Shown piece after piece: positions 50,272 to 59,811 of a DNA stretch of 64,000 bases. The stretch is taken from the NCBI GenBank assembly GCA_964291415.2, contig OZ219917.1:768001-832000 (forward strand). Reading direction: 5' to 3'. Positions within the stretch are counted from its first letter, which is position 1. Each line of letters opens with the position of its first letter. The position numbers and the translations under genes are program-made. Origin of the DNA: Alphaproteobacteria bacterium (GTDB lineage: Bacteria > Pseudomonadota > Alphaproteobacteria > SP197). The notes beneath the pieces are model-generated. The model was not told the DNA's origin and ran no database searches. It was given only the letters and a program-made list of their open reading frames with translations.

Positions 50272-50666
50272 TGGTTCTCGATGCGTCGGGCGCCGTCGAA
50301 CTGCTGTTGAACACTGCGGCCGGCAAGAGCCTGGCCGCCCGGTTGGCAGACGACGCTGAAATCATCCACGTGCCGCATCTCGTTGACCTGGAGATCGCCC
50401 AGGTCCTGAGGCGGTACGTGATGAGCGGTGTGCTCAACGAACGGTCGGGCGCCGCGGCACTCCGGCGCTGGCGGGATTTCCGCGTCGAGCGGTACCCGCA
50501 CGAACCCCTGCTCGATCGGGTCTGGCAGCTCCGCGCGAACATCAGTGCCCACGACGCGGTCTACGTCGCGCTCGCGGAAGCGCTCTCAGACGTGCTCGTC
50601 ACTGGCGATCGGCGCCTCGCCCGCGTGCCGGGGCTCAGGGTGGTGATCGAGACGGTTCACATGTGA
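50268..50666 (+). CDS. vapC: VapC PIN-domain toxin
   Basis: VLDASGAVELL, DLEI, HDAVYVALAEAL, LVTGDRRLA. Confidence 0.92.
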   Translation: MMVLDASGAVELLLNTAAGKSLAARLADDAEIIHVPHLVDLEIAQVLRRYVMSGVLNERSGAAALRRWRDFRVERYPHEPLLDRVWQLRANISAHDAVYVALAEALSDVLVTGDRRLARVPGLRVVIETVHM

Positions 50667-50717
50667 ACGGCATCTCGTTCTCCTCCCCGTCATATGCGGA
50701 CTCGGACCAGGGGCATC

Positions 50718-51048
50718 GGTTGCCACCCGGGCCCCGCAGGGCGCTACGCATCGGTCCATGCCCGAAGTTACGTCGTCTGGGAGGGCCGCACCTGGCATGC
50801 CGCGAACCTCCACACCGGAACCGGCCCCCGTACTGGCATCACCACCTGCGGGTCGGCACCCTTCCTGCGCCAGCTGCTCGACCTCCCCCATGGTCTGCGC
50901 CCGTAAGTCGCAGCCGATCTCACCGAGCACGAGCGCGGCCTGATGGGTTTCAGAACCTGGAGCACCTGTGGCACCGACGACGATTTCGAGTCCGAGTGGG
51001 CCCAGCCCGGCTCCGACAACACAGGCCCGCTTCCCCGCTGATCAGCAC
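50718..51048 (+). repeat. Diverged duplicate of the phyH 3' end (49335-49677)
   Basis: Near-identical run from CCCGCAGGGCGCTACGCATC to CCCCGCTGATCAGCAC, with a short deletion and a GAA>TAA change in this copy. Confidence 0.95.
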
Positions 51049-51150
51049 GTTGCCGGACGTGTCGAAGGGTCCTTGGCATGTTTCACTGACAAAGTGGCTT
51101 TCAGCGAATGCTGAAAGCATGGAAAGCGGTGAGCAGCTCCGGCGGACGAC

Positions 51151-52005
51151 TCAGTCAGCCAGGCCGTCGGCGAATACCTGGCGGTGCTCGTGTTCCCCGG
51201 TCGCCTTGCCGTAGAGATTCATCACACGTTCCTTGCTGCCGATCATGCCCGGCGCATCGGCAAACGACATGATCAACACCAGCCGATCGCCATCTCCGGT
51301 GTTTTCCGTGACCCGATGCAGCGAAAAGCGCCCCAGGAAGAACTGCAGATCGCCGGCGTTGAGTTCGAGCTGTCTCACCCGGGTGCGGTCACCGCCAAGT
51401 ACGCGTCCGACATCGTCGTAGCATTCATCGTCCGCGCGGCGCAGTCCCGGGATGTACTCGAAGATGCCGCCCGAACTCGCCGGCTGCAAAAGCATCGTGA
51501 TCGTGAATTCGTTCGTGTCAAAATGCCAGTTGAACTCCTGCCCGGGCTTCCCGACGTTCACGATCATGTTGGAAACCGGATCCTCGTAGATATGGAGCTC
51601 GTCCTTGCCGAGGCAGTCGGCAAGGAACAGCTTCAGCGGTTCCCAGTAGTACAGCCGGCGGGCCGACGTCTCCTCGCCGAACAGGTCGGACGTGACAAAG
51701 CCATTGGTGCGCGGCATGAGCACGTTGAGCGGATGCTCCGGTGGCAGGTCAGGGTTGCCGTCATTGAGGTAGACGTTGTTGTACTTGCTTGGCGAGTAGT
51801 AGGCCTGTGGCTTGCGCGCCTCGGCCTCGTCGACCAGTGCAGCGAGGCCGGCTTCACTGAAGAAGTCGCGGATCACGGCGCACCCGTCGGTGGCGAGCTG
51901 GGCTCTCACCTGCTCGACGGCCGTCTGGCGACGAGGGTCATCCGTCCGGTCAATCGGGTAACGCTCGTGGTTGATGATGTCACTGCAGATCAAGGGTGCT
52001 CTCAT
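51151..52005 (-). CDS. Fe(II)/2OG oxygenase, BesD/HalD-like fold
   Basis: FNWHFDTNEFTIT, GGIFEY, GDLQFFLGRFSLHRVT, R. Confidence 0.75.
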   Translation of the reverse strand: MRAPLICSDIINHERYPIDRTDDPRRQTAVEQVRAQLATDGCAVIRDFFSEAGLAALVDEAEARKPQAYYSPSKYNNVYLNDGNPDLPPEHPLNVLMPRTNGFVTSDLFGEETSARRLYYWEPLKLFLADCLGKDELHIYEDPVSNMIVNVGKPGQEFNWHFDTNEFTITMLLQPASSGGIFEYIPGLRRADDECYDDVGRVLGGDRTRVRQLELNAGDLQFFLGRFSLHRVTENTGDGDRLVLIMSFADAPGMIGSKERVMNLYGKATGEHEHRQVFADGLAD

Positions 52006-52128
52006 CCTTCAGCGCCGCCACAGTGATGTTGACCTCAAGGTGAATGCCGTCATCTGAGTCGCGGAAACCCGAATCCACCCGCCCGAACACTGTATCGACC
52101 ACCTCGCAGCTGCACCACGCAAGGCAGT

Positions 52129-52785
52129 TCAGGGATGTGTGTGGCGAATCCTCGGATCATGCAGGATCGCCCATACATAGGACTGACCGACAATGCCGCT
52201 GCCTTGCAGGAAGCCGGGGCCGTCGAAAGGCACGAGTTCATGGGCCTCTTCGAAGTTTCTCTTCGAGATGTGCCAGACCGTATGTTCAGGCTGTAGCTTG
52301 TTGCCGTCGATCCAGTAGCTGAACGCAATGCCCCGCTTGGTATGGAACTCCTGGCCGGCGCAGTTGACGATCCGCCGCCATGATGTCTCGAAATCCTCCA
52401 TGATTCTCTTTGGCGTCGAGGGTGCGAGAGCGTACTCGTGCACGAGCACGTCGGCCGGGATCTTCCATTCGGCCGATAGAGCGCGGATCATCGGCAGGGT
52501 CAGAGGACGTCGGCGACTCAGCACTTCGGATGCGTGCGGCTGCGACCCGATCACGGCGGCGAGGTCCTTCTGGCGATAGCCGCGTGCCTCCATCGCATGT
52601 TCGATCATGGCGACCGGGTCGGGCGCTTCCACCGGCCAGCGACGTGCCTCGTAGGACTCGACAAGTGTGACGAGAACGTCGAGCCAGTCCCCTTCCGGGG
52701 TATCGGGGGCTGCGCCCATGAGACTGTCGATCGTCTCGAGTGCCGCATCGTAATCGGACTCGCACCTGATTGGCCTTATGTTCAT
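52129..52785 (-). CDS. higA: HigA-type HTH antitoxin with an extra C-terminal domain
   Basis: IRPIRCESDYDAAL...LVTLVESYE...SEVLSRRRPLTLPMIRAL, then about 90 extra residues. Confidence 0.8.
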   Translation of the reverse strand: MNIRPIRCESDYDAALETIDSLMGAAPDTPEGDWLDVLVTLVESYEARRWPVEAPDPVAMIEHAMEARGYRQKDLAAVIGSQPHASEVLSRRRPLTLPMIRALSAEWKIPADVLVHEYALAPSTPKRIMEDFETSWRRIVNCAGQEFHTKRGIAFSYWIDGNKLQPEHTVWHISKRNFEEAHELVPFDGPGFLQGSGIVGQSYVWAILHDPRIRHTHP

Positions 52786-52982
52786 TGAGCGACCTCCTGT
52801 ACTGTCGACACGTCAATCCGGTCGTATTCGGCACGAGTCCCGTCAAAGCGCATGACCAAGCGATACCTGTTCCCGCCGATGTCGAATACTACGCGGTCGC
52901 GGCCCGCGATGCTTGTCTTCGCGCCATCAGCCTTGACGTCGGCTGCTGCCCCGCCATGCGACCCTTGGCCTCCCTTCGGCAT
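52782..52982 (-). pseudogene. HigB toxin remnant
   Basis: ADVK...RVVFDIGGNRYRLV and GTRAEYDRIDV are retained. The segment between them appears deleted and the N-terminus is lost. Confidence 0.75.
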
Positions 52983-53087
52983 CGACGGCGCGCCACTCCG
53001 GCGGTACGCTGGGATTGGCCTGCTTGCGGCATGTGTCCGTCAACCTGGCCTCCTCACCACGCTGAGCGCCGACACGAGGTTGAACAC

Positions 53088-55175
53088 TTGACAGCAGTAC
53101 AACGGGACCGGGACACGTCCGGAGACAGCGCCAGCATCGGAGTGGATGTCGGCGGCACCTTTACCGATCTCGTGCTGATCGACGGGGTGGCGGGCGTGCA
53201 CCTCGACAAGGTGCCCTCGACACCCGGACGGCCCGATGCCGTGCTGGACGGCATCCGCCGCATCGCCGGAGCGGCTGGTGTCGATGCGAGCGGGATCGAC
53301 CTCTTCGTGCACGGCTTCACCGTCGCGACCAACGCTTTCCTCACGCGCAACGGCGCCAGGGTCGCGATGGCTGTTTCCGAAGGCATGCGCGACATACTCG
53401 AGATTGGCGACCAGATGCGCCCCCATCTCTATCGGCTGAGCCAGACCAAGCCGTTGCCGGTGGTGCCGCGCTCGCGCATGGTCGAGGTCGCCGAGCGGCG
53501 CGACGCCTTTGGCAACGTTGTGACGCAACTCACCGGGGAGGAAACGCGCCGCGTTGCTGCCGCCATTGCGGCTCTTGAACCCGAGTCCGTCGCAATCTGC
53601 CTTGCCTTTTCCTTCCTCGATCCACGTCACGAGGAAATGCTCGAGGAAGCCCTTGCCGAGGAGTTGCCCGGCGTGCCGCTCTATCTTTCGAGCCGCGTGA
53701 ACCCGCAGATCGAGGAGTATCCCCGGGCCAACAGCACGGCGCTCGCGGCCTATGTCGGGCCCGTCGTCGACCGCTACGTCGCGACGCTCGACCAGGCGCT
53801 TGCGGCCGACAACGTTGCGGCGCCGTTGCGCCTGATGCGTTCGGACGGCGGGATCGCCACGCCACGCTCGGCGCGTGACAATCCGGCGGCCATGCTGTTC
53901 TCGGGCCCGGCAGGCGGCGTCATTGCCGGCGCGAACATGGCGGAGGAACTCGGCGTCGGCGATCTGGTGACCTTCGATATGGGCGGGACCTCGGCGGACT
54001 TTTCGGTCATCGCCGGCGGTGAGCCTCGCATGGTGACCGAACGCCGGATCGGCGGCGTGCCGCTGCGACTGCCGACGCTCGACATCGAGACAATCTCGGC
54101 AGGCGGCGGCTCGATCGCGCATGTCGACATCGGCGGAGCGTTGCGCGTCGGTCCGCAGTCGGCGGGTGCGGAACCCGGGCCCGCCTGCTACGCCCGGGGC
54201 GGCAGGCATGCCACCGTGACGGACGCCGCGGTGGTCCTCGGCATCCTCCATCCGGAAGAGTTCCTGGGCGGCGAGGTCCCGCTCGACGCCGGGCTTGCAG
54301 ACGAGGCGGTGACGCAGAACGTTGCGCGACCGCTGGGCCTTTCGCTTGCGGAGGCTGCGCTCGGCATCGTGCGCGTCGCGAACGCCGGCATGATACAGAC
54401 CATCCGCAAGCTCTCGGTCGAGCGCGGACTTGACATCCGTGACTTCGCTCTCGTCGCATTTGGCGGCGCGGGTCCGATCTACGCGCCCTACATGGCGCGC
54501 GACCTTGGCATGGCCGAGGTGCTGGTGCCGGCCCATCCGGGCGTTTACGCCGCCCAGGGGCTGCTCATGTCGGACGTGCGCCATACCGCCCAGGCCGCAT
54601 TCCAGCGGGGCCTGGCGAAGACACCGGAGGCCGAGCTTTCCGGCAGGCTGGGCGCGATGGCAGATGAACTCGACGCCGAGCTGGCACGCGACGGGATCGC
54701 CGGGACGAATCGCTACATGCGCTACCTCGCCGACATGCGCTGCACGGGCCAGTTCCACGAGCTTCTGGTGCCGTTGCCGCCGCCGGGCGATGCCGGCTGG
54801 TGGAGGCCCGACGAGGTCGCCGCGGCATTCCACGAAATTCACGAGCGGTCCTATGGCCACACCGACCCCGGCGTGCCGGTCGAGTTCGTCAACCTGCGGG
54901 TGGAGGCGTTCGGCCGCACGCCGAAGGCGGCCCTGCCGCCCGCGCCCGAGAGAGCCACGGAAGCGCCCGAGCCGGCGGGCCGCAGACAGGTCTGTCTCGA
55001 TGTCACGGCGGGTTTCGTCGAGACGCCGGTCTATCGCCGTGACGATCTCCGGCCGGGCCACGAGTTCGCCGGCCCTGCCGTCATCACCCAGCGAGACACC
55101 ACCACCGTCGTCCTCCCGGGCCAGGTGGTGACGGTGGCCGGCAGCGGTGTACTGCGGGTCAGCATGGCGTCATGA
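53088..55175 (+). CDS. Hydantoinase A / oxoprolinase subunit
   Basis: DVGGTFTD, SGPAGG, DMGGTS, SAGGGS, GPACY. TTG start inferred after GAGG. Confidence 0.92.
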   Translation: MTAVQRDRDTSGDSASIGVDVGGTFTDLVLIDGVAGVHLDKVPSTPGRPDAVLDGIRRIAGAAGVDASGIDLFVHGFTVATNAFLTRNGARVAMAVSEGMRDILEIGDQMRPHLYRLSQTKPLPVVPRSRMVEVAERRDAFGNVVTQLTGEETRRVAAAIAALEPESVAICLAFSFLDPRHEEMLEEALAEELPGVPLYLSSRVNPQIEEYPRANSTALAAYVGPVVDRYVATLDQALAADNVAAPLRLMRSDGGIATPRSARDNPAAMLFSGPAGGVIAGANMAEELGVGDLVTFDMGGTSADFSVIAGGEPRMVTERRIGGVPLRLPTLDIETISAGGGSIAHVDIGGALRVGPQSAGAEPGPACYARGGRHATVTDAAVVLGILHPEEFLGGEVPLDAGLADEAVTQNVARPLGLSLAEAALGIVRVANAGMIQTIRKLSVERGLDIRDFALVAFGGAGPIYAPYMARDLGMAEVLVPAHPGVYAAQGLLMSDVRHTAQAAFQRGLAKTPEAELSGRLGAMADELDAELARDGIAGTNRYMRYLADMRCTGQFHELLVPLPPPGDAGWWRPDEVAAAFHEIHERSYGHTDPGVPVEFVNLRVEAFGRTPKAALPPAPERATEAPEPAGRRQVCLDVTAGFVETPVYRRDDLRPGHEFAGPAVITQRDTTTVVLPGQVVTVAGSGVLRVSMAS

Positions 55176-55237
55176 TGGCCGCAGTTGCCGAGACGAGTCC
55201 ATCTTTTCGGGAAAGACACCAATGAAGGAGATGCTCC

Positions 55238-56899
55238 ATGACCGGGATCGACCCCATCAGCCGTGACGTCTTCCAGCACCAGGTCCACGGCATCGCCGAG
55301 GAGATGTCGATGGCGCTGCGGCGCGCTGCCTTTTCCTCGATCATCTGGGACATGTACGACTATGCCTGCGGGCTCTTTACGCCGGAGGGCGACATGCTCT
55401 CGCAGGCCGAGACCATTCCCGCCCAGCTCGGCATCATGTCGACGGCAATACGCTACATGTTCGCGAAGATACCGCCCCGGGAATGGAGACCCGGTGACGT
55501 GATCGTCTGCAACGATCCCTATCAGGGGTGCACTCACACACCCGACATTTGTCTCTTCAGCCCGGTATTCAGCAATGGAGAACTGGTGGCGCTGACCTCG
55601 ACCATCGCCCATCACGTCGACATAGGCGGCAAGGTGCCGGGCAGCGAGGGGCCGGACAACCTGGAGGTCTTCGCCGAGGGACTGATCCTGCCACCTCTCA
55701 AGCTGCTCGAAGAAGGCCGGCCCAACCAGGCGATCTTCGACATCCTCGCCGCCAACGTGCGTGATCCGCACGGGTCGGCCGGCGACCTGCGGGCGCAGAT
55801 CGCGGGCTGTCGTACCGGCGAGCGCCGACTGGCCGAACTCGCCTCGCGGTACGGCAATGCCCGGTTCCGCGAGATGTGCAACGCCTGCCTTGCCTACAAT
55901 GAAACCTACATGAGGCGTGCCATTGCGAACCTCGGTGACGGCGCCTGGGAGGCCGAGGTTCTCATGGAGGACGATGTCACCTCCGACGAACCGATCAGGC
56001 TCCATGCCAGGGTGACGGTCTCGGGCGAGGACATCACGGTCGATGTCTCGGGATCCGAGGCCCAGCGGGCCAATGGGCTCAACTGCCCGGAGGCCTCCAC
56101 GCTGTCGATGATCCACTATGCGACAAAGTGCGTGCTGGCGCCCGACCTGCCGCAAAACCAGGGTTGTGATCGCCCGGTTCACGTCGTCACGAAGAGGGGG
56201 ACGGTGCTCGATCCTGTCCGACCGGCGGCCGTGTCGGTGCGCCACATCACCCAGCAGGCGCTGGCAGACGTCGTGCTGAAAGCGCTGGCGCCCGTAGCCG
56301 GCGAGAACGCTGCGGCCGGCTGTCACACGAGCTTTCCGAGTTTCGTGCTTGGTGGCTTTGACGAGCGCCCGGAGATGGCGAACGACGACGGCACGGCGCC
56401 CTACTATGTCATCGCCGACATCATTGGTGGCGGCATGGGCGGCGCCGAGGGCACCGACGGGCTCAACGCCATTGACAGTCATGGCGGCAACTGCGCCATT
56501 CTGTCGGCCGAAATCATGGAGACACTCTCGCCTGTGCGCGTGCGACAGACCGCGCTGGTGCCCGGCTCCGGCGGAGCGGGGCAGTTTCGCGGCGGTCTTG
56601 GCATCAGGCGCGAGTACGAGGTCATCGCCGGCACCGGCATCCTGACCGGCTACTGTCAGCAGACCCGCCCCGATACGGCGCCCTGGGGTCTCCACGGCGG
56701 CGCGTCGGGAGGCACTGCAGCCATGATCCACAACCCCGACCTTCCCGGTGAGCGGAGTCTCCAGAGCAAGATGGTTGGCGTCATCCTCCGGAAGGGAGAC
56801 GTGTTGCGCACCCAGGGCGCAGGCGGGGGTGGCTGGGGGGACCCGGCCAGGCGCGATCCTGCGCTGCTCGAACGCGACCTGGCAGAGGGCTACGTCTGA
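55238..56899 (+). CDS. Hydantoinase B / oxoprolinase subunit
   Basis: NDPYQGCTHTPD, HHVDIGG, AEG, GAGQFRGG, GGGGWGDP. Confidence 0.93.
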   Translation: MTGIDPISRDVFQHQVHGIAEEMSMALRRAAFSSIIWDMYDYACGLFTPEGDMLSQAETIPAQLGIMSTAIRYMFAKIPPREWRPGDVIVCNDPYQGCTHTPDICLFSPVFSNGELVALTSTIAHHVDIGGKVPGSEGPDNLEVFAEGLILPPLKLLEEGRPNQAIFDILAANVRDPHGSAGDLRAQIAGCRTGERRLAELASRYGNARFREMCNACLAYNETYMRRAIANLGDGAWEAEVLMEDDVTSDEPIRLHARVTVSGEDITVDVSGSEAQRANGLNCPEASTLSMIHYATKCVLAPDLPQNQGCDRPVHVVTKRGTVLDPVRPAAVSVRHITQQALADVVLKALAPVAGENAAAGCHTSFPSFVLGGFDERPEMANDDGTAPYYVIADIIGGGMGGAEGTDGLNAIDSHGGNCAILSAEIMETLSPVRVRQTALVPGSGGAGQFRGGLGIRREYEVIAGTGILTGYCQQTRPDTAPWGLHGGASGGTAAMIHNPDLPGERSLQSKMVGVILRKGDVLRTQGAGGGGWGDPARRDPALLERDLAEGYV

Positions 56900-57043
56900 G
56901 TGCCACCCGGCCACCATGTCCACATCGCTATTTCAGGAACCTGAAGACTGGAGACGGCCGCGCCCGGCGCAAGCGGTATCCGGTCGCCCGATGAAAGCGG
57001 AACGCCTGCTTCCCGGGAAGGCGTGCCCGCTGAGATCTTCCGA

Positions 57044-57439
57044 ATGTCCGGTCTGAAGCCTGCGATCGTGACTGCCCGGGAAATGAGCGCCACCGCTGCG
57101 TTCATCCCCTCACTCGGCTTCGACTGGGGCGTTGTCTGCACCGGTCAGCATGTTCAGCTGACATGGTCGCGCTACGAACCGGGAGTGCCTTACGAGATGC
57201 ACCAGCACGACTACGAGCAGGTGAGCATCCTGCTGAAGGGACGGCTGCGCCTGACTGTCGGCGATCTCACCCGGGACATCGCCGCCGGCGATGTCTGGTT
57301 CGCTCCCGCAGGCGTCGTGCACGGAGGCGACGTGCTTGGAAGCGAGGCAGCTGTCTTTCTGGACATCTATGGTCCACCCGATTCAAGCGTCCTGGAGTTT
57401 CTGCGCACCCATGGTGAATCGGACGAGTCTCGGGCGTGA
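57044..57439 (+). CDS. Cupin domain protein
   Basis: HQHDYEQ...G and PAGVVHG motifs. Start uncertain. Confidence 0.85.
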   Translation: MSGLKPAIVTAREMSATAAFIPSLGFDWGVVCTGQHVQLTWSRYEPGVPYEMHQHDYEQVSILLKGRLRLTVGDLTRDIAAGDVWFAPAGVVHGGDVLGSEAAVFLDIYGPPDSSVLEFLRTHGESDESRA

Positions 57440-57589
57440 AGCAGTGCGGGAAACGCATGAGGGCCGGACGGCGGTTTCTCTTTCCGAACGTGCGCGCGGA
57501 AGTTCAGTCAAAGTGCTTGCGGACGACCGCGAAGTTTCATGATCCGGCATAGTCGGACTGAACCTGTCGTCGCCACAGTCCGGCCGTAA

Positions 57590-57700
57590 ACACCGATCCG
57601 GTGCGCCTGACCTTCGAGACCCAAGTCGAGAAGGTACCGACCGGCGAACTGCGCCCCGGTGACATCGTCATCCTGGACAACCTGTTTCGGCACGTATCGA
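57590..57700 (+). mobile_element. IS630-family transposase relic
   Basis: From 57613 it reads FETQVEKVPTGELRPGDIVILDNL, like the IS630 DDE segment LxPGDIVxxDNL. No IS ends seen. Confidence 0.7.
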
Positions 57701-57842
57701 AGACAAAGCAATTCATGAATTGTGTCGCACGGCACTATATATTCATCGTTTGTCTGTTGTGAAAGTATTTTTCATGTTGCATCATAAGATTTCATGAGCT
57801 CGGACCGTTGGCGTTGCCTTTCAGACAGGAGCAACGAATTTC

Positions 57843-59444
57843 ATGAAGGTTGAACTGAGACATGGTTTTTCAGGGCCGATCATGGTTTTTCAGGACCGGC
57901 GGTTGCCGGAACGGGCGACGCCGGCGGGTTATGCTGCGTTGACCGATGCCTACGGCCTGCAGGTTCCGTTGCCGCGGACACTGTTCGCCACGGGCGAGCG
58001 GCACAGGATCCTGGAGGAGGGAGGTTGGCGCCTGCTCACGCCCCGCCATGCCCCGCGCCCCACGCTGAAAGCACACCTGACCTTCGCCCTCAAGTACGAG
58101 GGGCTCGATCTTGCCGTTCTGAAGCGCCTCTTCCTTGCGGTGAATGCGGCCGAGATCGAATCCATCGTCCGGGAAACGCCCACGGGCAGCTATTCCCGGC
58201 GTCTCTGGTTTCTCTACGAGTGGCTCACCGGGCAGCGTCTGGACCTGCCGGACGCCACACGGGGCGACTATGTCCCGGTCGTCGACCCGCAGCAGCAATG
58301 GGCGGTCCCGGGCGAGAACTCTGCGCGGCATCGCGTCAGGAACAACCTTCCGGGCACGCCTGATTTCTGCCCGCTCGTCCGGCGCACGGCCGCGCTCGAA
58401 GAGTTCGTGAACCTTGATCTTGCGGAGCGGGCCAGGGCGGTCGTTGCTGCGGTTCCGGGAGACTTACTGGCCCGCACAGCCGCGTTCCTGCTTCTGAAGG
58501 ACTCCAAGTCGAGCTACGCTATCGAAGGCGAACGCCCGCCGCAGAACCGCATTCAGCGGTGGGGTCGGGCTATCGGTGAGGCTGGTCGGCAACCTATCGA
58601 CATCGATGAACTGCTCCGGCTGCAGAAGATCGTGATCGGCGACCAGCGGTTCGTACATCTAGGCGTGCGCACCGAAGGCGGATTCATCGGCGAGCACGAG
58701 CGCGACACGGGCGCGCCGCTTCCTGACCACATCAGCGCACGGCCTGAGGATCTGGTGTCCCTGATCGAAGGCATGGTCGACTTCGACCGACATGCCGCAA
58801 CCGCCCTCGATCCCGTCATCGCTGCGGCGGCTTTGGCTTTCGGCTTTGTGTACATCCACCCTTTCGAAGACGGAAACGGGCGCATCCATCGATATCTCAT
58901 TCATCACGTCCTGGCACAGCGGGGCTTCAACCCGCCGGGACTCGTGTTTCCGGTATCCGCCGCGATCCTGGATAGGATCGGTGCGTACGGCACGGTCCTG
59001 GAGGACCATTCGCTGCGGCTCTTGCCGCTCATCGAGTGGGAGCCGACGGAGCGGGGTAATGTCCGCGTGCTCAACGACACGGTGGATTTCTATCGCTTTT
59101 TCGACGCCACGCACCATGCGGAGTTCCTGTTCGAATGCGTGCGCACGACGATCGAGGAAGATCTGCCCAACGAAGCGGACTTTCTCCGGCGCTACGACCG
59201 ATTCACGAGACACCTTCAGTCGATCGCCGATATGCCTGATCGCACCGCCGACCTGCTGTTCCGGTTTATGCATCAGAACGCGGGACGACTTTCGAGGCGG
59301 GCACGGGAAAGAGAATTCAAGATGCTGACGGATGAGGAAACAGAAGAGATTGAGCGCCTTTATGACGAAGCGTTCGGGCCCCCGACGGCAACTCGCAGCT
59401 CAAGGGGCCCTTGCGTCGCCATCGTGAACAGGGAAGTGAACTGA
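57843..59444 (+). CDS. Fic family protein
   Basis: HPFEDGNGRIHR and an upstream SYAIEG inhibitory-helix motif. Confidence 0.92.
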   Translation: MKVELRHGFSGPIMVFQDRRLPERATPAGYAALTDAYGLQVPLPRTLFATGERHRILEEGGWRLLTPRHAPRPTLKAHLTFALKYEGLDLAVLKRLFLAVNAAEIESIVRETPTGSYSRRLWFLYEWLTGQRLDLPDATRGDYVPVVDPQQQWAVPGENSARHRVRNNLPGTPDFCPLVRRTAALEEFVNLDLAERARAVVAAVPGDLLARTAAFLLLKDSKSSYAIEGERPPQNRIQRWGRAIGEAGRQPIDIDELLRLQKIVIGDQRFVHLGVRTEGGFIGEHERDTGAPLPDHISARPEDLVSLIEGMVDFDRHAATALDPVIAAAALAFGFVYIHPFEDGNGRIHRYLIHHVLAQRGFNPPGLVFPVSAAILDRIGAYGTVLEDHSLRLLPLIEWEPTERGNVRVLNDTVDFYRFFDATHHAEFLFECVRTTIEEDLPNEADFLRRYDRFTRHLQSIADMPDRTADLLFRFMHQNAGRLSRRAREREFKMLTDEETEEIERLYDEAFGPPTATRSSRGPCVAIVNREVN

Positions 59445-59811
59445 CCACCCCGCTGGTAGAGTCTCAAAAGGCGGGCGGCACCGTGTCGCCGAGGCCGTCT
59501 GACGTGTTCGATTGCCGGACTTTCCAGGGTACTTGCAGCCTCTGCGGCGAACTGGTCGATACGGGCGACCCCTCGTGAGAAGCACGATTGAGGGGAATCG
59601 GACAATCCCTGGCTTTCCGACACAAGTGTTGACGTCCAGCGCAGGATTCTGGGGTCGGCAGATGTGCCGGCCGTGCCGGTGCCGGCCGGCGTTGCGCCCG
59701 ATCGCCCGTGGATCAGATCCGGTGACGCCGACGTTCTGCCCTGATTTCGCCGACGAAAGGCGATCCGGTGATTGATCTGGACCCGCGTGGGACAGGGCGC
59801 CGCGTTCTCAT

